Assembly (NCBI GenBank): GCA_965644295.1
Contig: CBFFRP010000129.1
Span: 1-64,000, forward strand
Source: Paraphysomonas bandaiensis
Taxonomy: Eukaryota > Protista > Chrysophyceae
Direction of reading: 5' to 3'
DNA: 64,000 nucleotides
Shown: positions 1-11,240 of the stretch, piece by piece
Position numbering within the stretch: the first letter of the stretch is position 1
Layout: each line of letters begins with the position of its first letter
Made by a program: the position numbers and the translations under genes
Notes under the pieces: model-generated
Database searches by the model: none
Seen by the model: the letters and a program-made list of their open reading frames with translations, nothing else
What the model was told of the DNA's origin: nothing

Positions 1-642
1 AGAAGTACGGAAACCTTGCAAGACTGTTGGAACTCGACGAGTATTATGAGCCTGATCCAATCGAATTGAGTGATTACGATAAAAGAACAGATCCACTAGG
101 CATACAGCTCGATCGAATGAAGAATAAGATCAAGACCAGGGATAGGCTGATATCTGAGATGGAAAACAACAGAACAACGCCATTCTACGGATATATGCTC
201 AGACATTTAAGCAACGAGTCTTTGGATACAATCAAACTGCTAGACGAATACGAGTAAATAAACAAGGAAAAGGACCCTTTGTTGCTATGGCGGGCTATCA
301 AAAAGACGCATAAGGTTGCGACTAACTCTAATGTCGAGAGAGTAAGGAAAGCAGAGACAAGACGAAAATATCAAGAGGCCAAACAAGGACCATACGAGAG
401 CATCGTTAGTTATAAAGAACGATTTGACTACCTACTCGAAGCATATAAAGATGTAGGGAATGCAGAGATGGAAGAGTCAGATATAGCAATGGACTTCATC
501 GAAGGCCTAGATGAAAACGAGATATGGAGAATTCAAGACGAATTTTCTGAACGATCACATGATGGGAACTCAATCTGCCCCAGATCACGTAAACGACATA
601 TACGTAAAAGCCTCGATGTTTCTGAGTCACACGAGAACAACT
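1..642 (+). pseudogene. Decayed Ty1/copia-type gag fragment (window edge)
   Basis: ORFs 27..257 and 279..644 are in one frame broken by TAA at 255-257, with a frameshift near 516. The motif YQEAKQGPYESIVSYKERFDYLLEAY..DIAMDFIEGLD, continued after the shift by RYGEFKTNFLND, resembles copia gag capsid (Retrotran_gag_2-like). Confidence 0.65.
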
Positions 643-645
643 AAT

Positions 646-1339
646 GCCCCATTCTGAGCGCGTACTTAGGTAGATCCAGGTGGGTACCTAATACTTGATT
701 TAAGTCCCATACGTTATTTGCTAGCTACCTACTGAACCCAACTAGCTACATCACTATCACATGGTATTCAGCGCTGGAGTGCAGTGAGAACCCAGAGTGG
801 GGAACTGCTGAACTAAGCAAAATGTGTACATAGATAGAGGTGTTCGGTATAGAAGTCTTCGAGTGATGGAAATGAAAGTCAACGTGCACATTCGTTTTTG
901 TTACAGTGATTATGTTTTCAGTCATTGTACATGTGTGACTCTGTAGGATACGAGTGAGAGTGTACAGTAGAACATGATCAGCTGTAGTATTATTGTGTTG
1001 TAGGGAGACACCATAATTTTCTATCACTAACGATTTCTGTAGTATTTGCAAAGAGACTTGTCTTTTGCCTACCTGTAGTGTAGTTTGAACGGAGGACAAC
1101 GGGCGAACTGGATCCGTGAGTGTTTGATTGATCTGTAGTATCAGTGTTGTATTTCCGATCCAAGTACGTATTTCTCTTCGACTAACGTATATACTCTTCA
1201 GCACTATAGAACACTCCATAGAATCATCCTTATCGCTAAAACACACACTGTAGTACTGTATCCGTATACAGCAAATACAGTTACATGCCTATAAGCGAAC
1301 ATACCAAGATCTCTCTGCTGTCCATGTCCATATCTCCAT
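646..1339 (-). CDS. Hypothetical spliced protein, 3' end uncertain (abuts gag remnant)
   Basis: ATG at 1339; exon 1339-1305; GT..AG intron 1304-1248 joins in frame to ORF 746..1246 (MEIWTWTAERSCVCFSDKDD...). A further intron and exon (VPTWIYLSTRSEWG) is possible near 690-646. No recognisable domain. Confidence 0.35.
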
Positions 1340-2131
1340 GCACACATGCCTGCCTATATTCTAACCCATCTATGAGATCTAAACTCCTTCTATAGTAATC
1401 ACACGACATATTTGGAGTGTAACAGCACCATAAAAGTATCACAGTGGATGTGTATGATATGAAGGGGTCACCCCTACGCCGAACTGTGTACTGTAGATAC
1501 TTGCGATGTACACATCGCTTGTGATGGATGTTACAGTGTACAGCGTACTGTTAGGGTGTGATATATGTGTATCAATAATCTGGTATGAAGTTTATGGTGA
1601 TGTTATGTAGAGTACATTCGTGGGTGTTACTGCATGAAGTTTATTAAAGATATACTTTGTGGATTTTTATAAGCACATTAGTCGTCTTTATGTCCCTGTA
1701 ATTGTCTCTGATAATAACAATACTCCTAATTAACTTTTACCAAGGCTTCTACATTAAATTTTTATCACATCAAGGATTTAGTCTTAACGATAGCGAGTTC
1801 TGGATGTATGCTGTGAGCACTATTCTTGGGACAACAGTTCAAAAAATGATCTTGTGCCCCTCAAAACATCGTATTCAGTGCTAGGAAATCTATTGGGTTT
1901 CAAAAGACATGCACAAATGACCACGTTAACTCTTCTATTGATAGTAGATTACTTATTTTAAATCGAGCCCAACTATCGGTGATCAGCCATATTGAAACTT
2001 GATGCTCCACAACAAAACACGACAAGTTGATTAACATATCCATAGTTATTATAAAATTCAATTCCATAAAGATGGACTCAGCACAGGAAGTCGCGAGGAC
2101 AATACTTAAATACCCACTCGCTACAACTCAC

Positions 2132-4952
2132 TCACTCTGAACACAGTGACACATACGCTTTGAAAAAATAATGTTCCTTACGAGGGGTATGACTAATACC
2201 AGAATAAAACTTCATCATAAATTGGGAAGAATGTATCTGAAGAGGAGAATCCTTGGTAGGATATGACGATTTTTGAAACGATCCAGTGTAACGCTTCATG
2301 CCGTGATAGTCACGCTGTGTCCCATCTTTATATATAGTTACGTAATCTCTGTTGTGCAATAAATTAGTTTTCTCATCGAAGTATATAGATATACACGATG
2401 CATCTGGTATATTTATCATCCTGAGTTTTACTTTCTTCTTTGTCCTGTGCGCAGTACTCACGAACGAGTACTTGTCTGAATGTGTCATAGGGACGACACC
2501 ACCGTCATGAGGACATGTCGATATATTCATACCGTATTCATAGTTCTCATCTACCCCAAAACTCCTGGTAGAATCGACGTCCGTATATAGCTTAAAACGG
2601 CCGGAGAGTATGCGCATCGGATTTGCTACGGTCGGCCACTGACTATCCGCGTCACCAACACATCCAGTGTATTCCGACCCTATTTTTGCAGCTTTATTAA
2701 TGTAGGGAATACGGAATTTGTAAGATAGCCTTAAGTAGTCCTCATTACGTACAACACACGTGTTGTCATGGAAGTATACATCCAAGCAGGTTGCTCCAAT
2801 AAAATAGACCGCGATCACCGTATCTCTCTTCTTGTAGGGTTTCTTGCTAGTTACGATGGATGTGTAGCTCGGAATACGGGCAATCTCGCGAACTTCAATC
2901 TGCCGTGACAATACATTCATTCCTCTTGCAGCGTCCCACGTCCCCCCACGCCGCAGCTGAATAGCCGTCCTTTCATTATACTCCAAACTAGGGGATGGGT
3001 CCGGCAGCCAGAGAGAAAGAGAAGCGTTGTCTCCCCCAGAAATGAGTTCTTCAGGGGCCAGAACAAACCCTTCCACGATCACAACTCCAGCCTCAGGAGA
3101 CCATGTTCGAACATCAGAACCGAGGTCATATTGTGTCAATAGAACGTCATCAGCAGTATTGTGGAAAGAATATTGATAGCCATAGGCAGTGTCTGGGGCG
3201 ATTTCAGCAAACCCCCATGATGAATCCGCCACATTTACCATTAGTCGAAATCCATTGGCACTAAACACAGATGTCCCGTCGTTGAATTGCCAATTTCGAC
3301 TGATTGCAATTTCGACAACAAGATTATCACTACTCACTGAAGTTTGTACGGATTCAGACAATTGTCCATCGTTCCAACCCCCAGATCGCTGATCAAACAC
3401 GTGCTGCCCATGTATCATTACTTCACTTCCAATCTTTCCATCCGAGGGGCCCACTCTATACCCAGTAGATTGGCTCTGATCAGTGTCAAAAAACAGACGG
3501 AAATGTCCAGTTGCAAATGGTACATATCCTACATAAGTATATACTATTGTAACACACTTGAAGAAACAAGCAAACACAATGCTTACCTGCCGCAACCTCA
3601 TGGAAACTAATCAAAACGTATATGTTATCCTCGTCATTAGCGATCTGAACTGACTTTACGTCTGCTACAGCGTTTGAACTGTCGTCATAATTGTCATCAA
3701 ACCCATCAGTAACCATCTCCCACTCCTCAAAATTTCCGTCTATGGATATAGTATGCATATCACCATGGGTGAGAACCTGCTCCAGGACGAGGTAGACTTT
3801 TCGCATGGAGTACACCGACCCCCACCCTGTATTTCTCACCTCAAATTTATACGACAGTTCTCTTCCAGGAAAAATAACTGTTGGTAGTGTGACGATGTCC
3901 ACTTCGAATCTGTATCCAAGGCGATCGATAAATTCTTCCCAACAACAATTGTCCTTCAAGTACTGAGTCACGTCAGGATGCCATGTTGGGTTCAGAAAGC
4001 TTGCATGCAATAGGTCGGCCTCTTCGAACATGAAACTATTGAAGTTAATAAGTTAAATATAAGCATACATATATACTATACGATTCATTCAGCGGTGTGG
4101 TGTAAGTTACCTGCATGTTAACTGATCCCAGACAGCATCAGTGGACCCATCCAAACAGGTTTCTCCCCCGTAAGGACCGTAACGAGTAACGTTATGAGCA
4201 TAAGGAAGCCAGTAATTCCGCGCGGCCGCGTCCCACACACCATTATGCTGATACGTGCCCGTGTCATGCCAATTAGACATCCAGCAGTCATTGTGAAACC
4301 CAAGTCTGTGGGCCTCAGTGCACTCTTGGTGACCAAACGCTTCTTCGTCATTCATCAAGAGCACTGGAACCAATTCCTGCATGATCATTGGGTATCGTAC
4401 CTGAACTTTCATGCATGGTTCCGTGGGAAGATACGTATGCAGCAGGTTCCAAACTGCCACTTTATTTTCATCAGTATCCAATCCACTGGATGAGCCGTGC
4501 CACTCGCCCCATGCCCCAATGATTCCAGCCTGAAACCAAGCAATGACATCCACATTGCTTTGAAATATTGGTTGCAATTGTTGGAGATGAGCTTCAACCC
4601 AGTTGAGTGTAGTGTCGTCCTCACCCAGATCCGTCGCATACATAATTCTAACAATCGCTTTCGTCCCCGCAGTCCTGAGCTCATCTAAATTGGACCCTAT
4701 CAGCTCAATCGTCGCTTCATCAATCGTCGAATTCAAAAAATTATTAAGCTCAATACTTGCATAGCATAAAGTGAATTGATATGTGCCGTCAGATGTATAG
4801 CTGGAGTAGTCTCTATCAGCAGTCAATGAGCACCATCCTAAGGGACCTTTCTCGGGGTTAGACAGGGCCTTGTGTGAGCAGGAGTAGTCCTGTCCGAGAG
4901 AGACCACAGAGAGGATGAATAGAATGAGGGTATGGAGAATATGTGGTTTCAT
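2132..4952 (-). CDS. Secreted DUF4874/DUF4832 (GH-A-like TIM barrel) protein with DOMON/CBM9-like and two CUB-like C-terminal modules; 3 exons
   Basis: Signal peptide MKPHILHTLILFILSVVSLG; motifs NPEKG, QAGIIGAWGEWH, RLGFHNDC, GGET, RLGYRF, NTGWGS; IDGNFEEW...FFDTD..TG module. GT-AG introns at about 4110-4036 and 3586-3529 join ORFs 4107..4958, 3486..4031 and 2132..3601. Confidence 0.75.
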
Positions 4953-5370
4953 ATTCACATGTAGGTACCTGTGGATATGGTACAGGTAAGGTTACTATAT
5001 ACCAATACCACTCTATGTGTGTCTATACGCACTGCTGTATGATATGCGCTGTATGTTCACAGTGGGCTTCAACACCCATAGGATACAGCAGTATCCACAC
5101 ACGTACATATAATACTCATCATACTGATGGATGTATTCCAGTATTATTGGTGTATTCCACCCTCCATCTGTACACAGTGCGTACATACATGTTCGTATTG
5201 TAGAGCTCTACTCGTAGTACAGTATGGTACAGCAGTGTATGTGCGGTGTGTACAGCAGTGTCCTGCATGCATGTGGTAGACAGCATAGAATTCCTCATAT
5301 CTATATATATATATATGGGTATGGCTGTGATGCGCTCCTTCTCATAACCATCTCACTACAACCACACACC
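4953..5370. promoter_or_regulatory. Putative bidirectional promoter rich in TACAG/CTGTA motifs
   Basis: 418-bp gap between divergent ATGs, with many TACAG(CAG)/CTG(CTG)TA words; the same composition recurs in other divergent gaps. Confidence 0.45.
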
Positions 5371-7177
5371 ATGATTGGCAGTCTCTCCGTCGCAGCCGGT
5401 CGCGTGTCAACAGTTAAGTCCCGCATGGACTCCTCCTTATCTGTGTGGCATCACAACATATATATGGTGGTGTCTGTCGTATATGTTGTATGGATAACTA
5501 TCGGTACAGTCTTCTATCATTACATGAATGAATGGGACTGGCCCACATCATTCTTCTTCACTCTGGAGGTGGGGTTGTCTGTTGGTTTCTGTGAGCCGGT
5601 ATAGACGCATGTATACATATGTGTGTATTGGGTGCACTAACATGACACTCTTATTAGATGGAGCATGCCATGTACAGCAGGATATTCACGGTTATATACT
5701 TGTTGATTGGCTCGTCTATTGTTGCTGGAACATTAGGTAGATTCGCTAGTGAAATTCTTTTTTCTAAAGTAAGTGGTGCGTATTGTTCATATACCTATAT
5801 CGTTAATATGGGTTATTCATCAGGTTAGGATATCTGCAAAGGAAAGAAAACTGCTGAAGGCTGCCGTAGATGTGGATGGAGACGGAAGAGTAGGATTTCT
5901 CGACGTAGTCGGTTACTATTGGTATTCTTTCAAAGTGATTATCGGATGGTATCGAAACAGGATGCGCATTAAGATAGTGCTCGCAGCGACAGCATGGGCA
6001 ATGGTCGGTACTGCTTATGGTCTCTTGTTCGAAGAATGGAGCTTTATTCAATCTCTCTATTTTGCTGTGTCTGCATTGTCTACGGCCGGTCTGCAGACGC
6101 CCACCTGTAACGGTCCTGATGGGTATGACTGTACCCTGGGTCGGGTACGTGGGACCTACCTGGGCATATACATTCTTGTTGGTGTGCCGCTCTACGCATG
6201 TGCAATGGGGCAGTTTGCTGGAGTGTTCATCGATCAAGCGGTCAGGCAGAGAGAAAGAGAACGCATGAAACAGCCCATAGATGCGAGAGATTTCGAGTAT
6301 GCTACCACATTGCTATCAAAGCCAACTTCGACCACTCTGGAACCAGGTTCGTGCAGTTTACCATAATATAAATAAGCGTGAAAAGGTGTCTTATGATTGG
6401 ATTACAGGAGAATTTATTCTAATGGAACTCATGAGACTGGGAAAGACTAATAGGAAGCAGGTACTACATTACAAGTGTATAAATATGCCTTACAATATGC
6501 AGATACAAAAGATTATGGAACGCTTCAAACAGCTAGATGTGAAGCAGAATAATGTGCTCGATTATGACGAGTTGCGCATGGGTGGTTATGTGGTCACTGG
6601 TAAGAAACACCCCAGTTACGCTAGTTTCGAGGAGAAACACGCTCCTCAGGAGTCTCCATTAGCTAAGGCTAGAGTTGCTGCGTTGTCGAGGTCTCTCAGT
6701 GACAGTGACCTCTCTGCGTCTCGAGTGGATAGTATCCGGTTGGGAGATGGGTCATACAGCGCCATCACTATGAATATGGCGTCAACTCCTCCCCGGATAC
6801 AGAGGCAGATGTCAGGGGGAAATTGTGATATTCCTATGATTCCCTTACAGCCAGTGGGGTCGGCACTTTCGTCTACGTCGTACAGCACGGTTTCAGGTGC
6901 ACATTGTAAGGCAGATTCAGGAACCTCTCAGGGAATGGAGTATGAGCACTTCTCTGAGTCTGATGACGATTCTGATGATGAACTGCAGTCGGTGAACGAG
7001 AAATCTCGACTCAGCATTAGCTCTGTGCGTAGTGGACGGAGCGGTGGAGTCAGCTCCCCGGAGTTGAGTGGGGATACTGACAACCCATTAGTGCCTCCGA
7101 CAGACTTATCGTCGAGCAATGTATATAACTCTGAAATAAGCGCCGATGTCGGTAATTGTACAAATCATGTGCGATAA
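5371..7177 (+). CDS. Two-pore-domain (TPK/KCO-like, 4TM/2P) potassium channel with EF-hand-like motifs; multi-exon
   Basis: TM-pore-TM repeats: WDWPTSFFFTLEVGLSVGF and WSFIQSLYFAVSALSTAGL; DVDGDGRVG; GEFILMELMRLGK; ERFKQLDVKQNNVLDYDE. Four GT-AG introns (about 5599, 5770, 6347, 6461). Confidence 0.8.
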
Positions 7178-7765
7178 TAAATTTAATTGTCTTTCTAGCA
7201 ATATTACGTAAGTAGCAACTGTGAGCAATAGAGTGATATACTTCATGCATTTCACATGAAGACATTATGTTGGATACTAAAATACTAGTGTAAATATTTT
7301 CCAGTCTCGAAATTTAGATATATATCGTAAGAAGTAAACGTTATTAACGCTATCTACGAACAGCAAGCAGTGATAGAGTATAGTTTTGACAAAATATATA
7401 AGTGTTTAAAAAGAAAACACCTTTTCTATAGACGAGAATATTTTTTTGATGACACGCATATATATTGTTGATATTTCAAGTTCTCTTTTCATATTAGCTA
7501 TACTACTACGTCGAATACAGTTAGCTTTGCATAGTGCATACTAAAGTTGTATTATGTATTTATCCACATAAGTGTCCCAGAAAACTCTACTAACTTCAGT
7601 GACAAAAGGAACACGGAATACGGAATACACTCGCACGCCTGTGAAATCAAAATAAGCGTATTATGGCCAATCAAAACATGAAAAAACACGTATTGTTTAA
7701 CGGTATGCTATATTCAGCAGCAGAAATTTCGGACACATGTAAATCTCCTCTATTCAGCGACGCCA

Positions 7766-10652
7766 CTAGCGCTTGCGACTGAAATTCATACCAGAAGATT
7801 CCGTCCTGGTGGATATAATTACACTCATTACGGATAAATATATTTTCAGCTTACTTTCTGGCTGCCCTGGCCGCACTAAGAGCATTCGCTGTACCAGGAC
7901 TAGTTTCACTCTCAAATCTCGCCCTCGAGGATGCAGTAGGTTGGGAAAGCATCCTGAGTCTTTTATCTTGCGCGCTGTTCGTTCTAGTCCCAGCACTTTC
8001 AGTCCGCCTATAGTCAGCGTTATATTCATAGGGCCCCGATGTCGGCGAATGTTGTCCTGGAAACCTGAACCCGTCCTGTGGCGTCTTTATTGGAGAGTGC
8101 GGTGCGTGAATACCATTGTAATCCAATCCTTCGCGATGGGATGTGCGCTGCTGTCCAGGAGGTTTGGTAGTCCTGACTCCTTGGGGAACAGAAGACGATG
8201 CGTTCGGTCGAGGTGGAGCTCTCTGTGGCGGAGATCTCTTGGTACCACCACTATTTACAGTGCTCTGTCGGGATATGAGGGTCAAAGGGCGCTGGTTAGA
8301 AGGGACTCGGTTCAAACGCTGCTTCTGAGTTCGATATAACTCCGTTCCACGAGGTGAGCGCGGAGCATGGAGCGGGTTGTTTTCCATACTACTATTAGGA
8401 GGGCCATGAGCGTGTCGGCGAGGTAGGTTATCCCCCACAAACGTATTGTCCACATCAGAGTCATTATCAGAATTATTAGGGTCGTAAGCACTCGAGTTGC
8501 CATATTGACGCATCACAGACTCCTCCAACCGTTTCAAAAAGCTCTTCCCAGTATCACTTTTATCATATTTCTCCGAGAAACGACCACTAGAATCCACATA
8601 CGAGGCCGCAGAGAAGGCCGCAATTTGTGCATGCTGCAGATGAACAGATCAAACAACGCACAAATGACTAGGAGTGTATCTACCTCCACTGTTCCTCTTC
8701 GGGCAAGTGCGGGTGCGCTTCTGCCACTATTTGGTCCAGAGAGATCCGACTCAAGAATCTGTCCACTCTGCACAACTCTAGCAGCCGCAAGCACCTTCGA
8801 CTCGATCTGCGCTGTCTGCTCGGGTGTCAGTTGCGCGTGCTCTGACAGCTGTGTATACGGTCAGAGGAATTCGAACACGGCTCATGTTATGTGTAGGTAT
8901 AAAAGTCACCTGTTCGAGAAGATCCAGAGCATCTTTTTCCCTACGCTCAAGCTCTTGACAATCTGCCTCAGCCTCTCCCAGCTACTAAATATTAAGCACT
9001 TCGTAAATATGACAAGCACAATTATACAATACCTGTCGCAAAAACTCTTTCTTTTCCCCGTTAACAGTGTCCAGTTGTACTCTTAAGTCGGCAGCCTCTG
9101 TTCTTAGCTGGTCTCGCTCTTGAGTCACAACCTGAAGCTCTTCTCGCATGCGCTCCAATTCTGCACTTAGCTCATCGTTTTCCGCCTGGAGAGATACACA
9201 CTGTACCACAGGATCCTGTCCCCAGTCGCTACGCCTCGGCTGCGCGGGAGGGCGGGGAGGTTTGCCATCTGAAGACGAAACAGGGGGTTCTTCCTCGTCT
9301 TTGTCCAAGCTATCCGTGTTGGTGTCACGGAAACCGCTATTTCTATATTCCAGAGAGTCTCGCCGCTTAAACATATCTTCCCCAATATCTTCCTCGTCAG
9401 CACTCTGGTTGTGACTCTGTGGGGATGGTGCTGGAGGGGGGTTCGTGGCAGGTTCTGGACTGGACATAGGCTCTGGTTCTTGCTCATGTTCCTCCTGTTG
9501 TCCATCCACTCGCACACGACGAGAAAAAGTGAATTTCACAGATGTATTAACCGGTACTCTAAAGTCATTTAAGCGCTGCACGACTGCACCGAGCACTATA
9601 AGATGTAGAAAAGATATAATATGAAGCCACGCACCTCTAGCAAGGGTCCATGTCGTGATATCGTCATCGTCAATTTTAACTATGCGATCTCCCTTTTTTA
9701 ATTCCCCACCAGATTCTGGAGATATGTTTCGAAGTATCATAACCGGGAGAATTTCCTAAGACCCAGAATTCACACCTCAAAGAGTGAATAATATATTTTT
9801 ACCTTGGCGACGATGGCACCTTTCTTAGTGTCTTCTACAACTACCATACCAAACCCAACGCCAGCCGCTCCCTACACAGCTCCACAATGATGCAAAACTT
9901 TACAGAGTCGAGCACAACAGACCTTTACAATTTCAGCGACAAACTCGACATTCTCGTAGTACTTAGCTTGCTCCTCCTCCTCTAGCTTGCTCTGCAATAT
10001 CTCGAATGCTTCTTGGACTTTCTTAAACTATATACATGCACATTAAAAGTGTGACATTACGCTGGTAAAGTTATCAAAAACTTACAGCATCCACAGACCC
10101 ACCCTTGTCAGGGTGATTCTTCAAGGCAGCCCGGCGATAGGCTTTGTTCAGCTGACTAGATGTGTATGGTTGATTCTTATCTAAGTTTAGAGCCTCATAA
10201 TATTCGCCGAAATCAACGTTCACAGGGCCTCCAGTGATGCCCTTTGCAGCGTTTTCAAGAGCCTTCATCCACACTGTTGTGTTCAGTGAGGTCAAATACA
10301 TGACTTACATATAGAAAGACGTACCGAACATAATTTTCTCAGTCTCAGCACACAAAAATAGCGGAGTTCTGTGCTCATGTTTCACAACAAAGCAAAACTT
10401 TTTGTCTTGATGATTAACTATAGATACTTCACAGCCCCTCACTGCAGCAGTTCCCTATAGATACACAGGCATCACTCAACCCCCTCATAACACATCACAC
10501 ACCTTTTTATTAACAGGCTTGTTCGCATCTCTGTCAAAGTCTTCATAATAAGATAAGTACTGTCCGTCCAGTATACACCACCGCTTCTTCCAGTTCTTAC
10601 GTCCAAAGAACTTACTCTCACCTCGTGCTTTCTTTAATAGAAACCCCTCCAT
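7766..10652 (-). CDS. PH domain - DnaJ (J) domain - PDZ domain - coiled-coil protein; multi-exon
   Basis: Exon 1 MEGFLLKKARGESKFFGRKNWKKRWCILDGQYLSYY (PH); YYEALNL..QLNKAYRRAALKNHPDKGG (J domain, HPD); GVGFGMVVV...LKKGDRIVKIDD (PDZ); coiled coil LQAENDELSAELERMREE. Last exon ends SRKR* at 7766. Confidence 0.8.
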
Positions 10653-11240
10653 TGAAGGTATATGTATATGATGTGTTTAAGTTTGAGATGTCTCTATAGT
10701 GGCAGAAACATAGCGAGGTAGTTAGATATGATCTGAGACCCAGGCATGTATGTATGTATGTATGGTATGGTGTGGTATGTCTAGAAGTATATACATATCG
10801 ATCCTACAATTGGCTATAATGAACCCACACATACGTATAGATCCATATTGTAAACTCGCGATAATCTGCCACTACACTTTTTGAAAATATAGGGGGTTTT
10901 ATTTTTAATATCCACATTCAGTGTCAAATATTGGATATTTTGTACATGTACTGCTGTATTTTCTCCAATCTGTATAGAATGTGATCGTGATTAGTCGGCA
11001 CTTTTATGTTCATTCGACAGTTTTTCGCCAAAACAGCAGCATTTGGCATGTCCTTTTATATCATCCCTCTGTACCTGTATACCGTACATCTTGACATGTG
11101 TGTATGTACGTACACTGTACACTGCTGTATATATATGTACTCAGCAGTATGTGGATATGTGGATGTGTTGACTTACATACTGCTGTGCATGAACAAGAAC
11201 TGCACTGCACTCCACCGTCATACCACACATTCTTCCCAAT

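Noticed and set aside
755-775. CA-TGGTATTCAGCGC resembling LTR end plus tRNA-Met PBS
   Set aside because: No matching LTR or downstream gag; it lies inside the minus-strand ORF and is probably coincidental.
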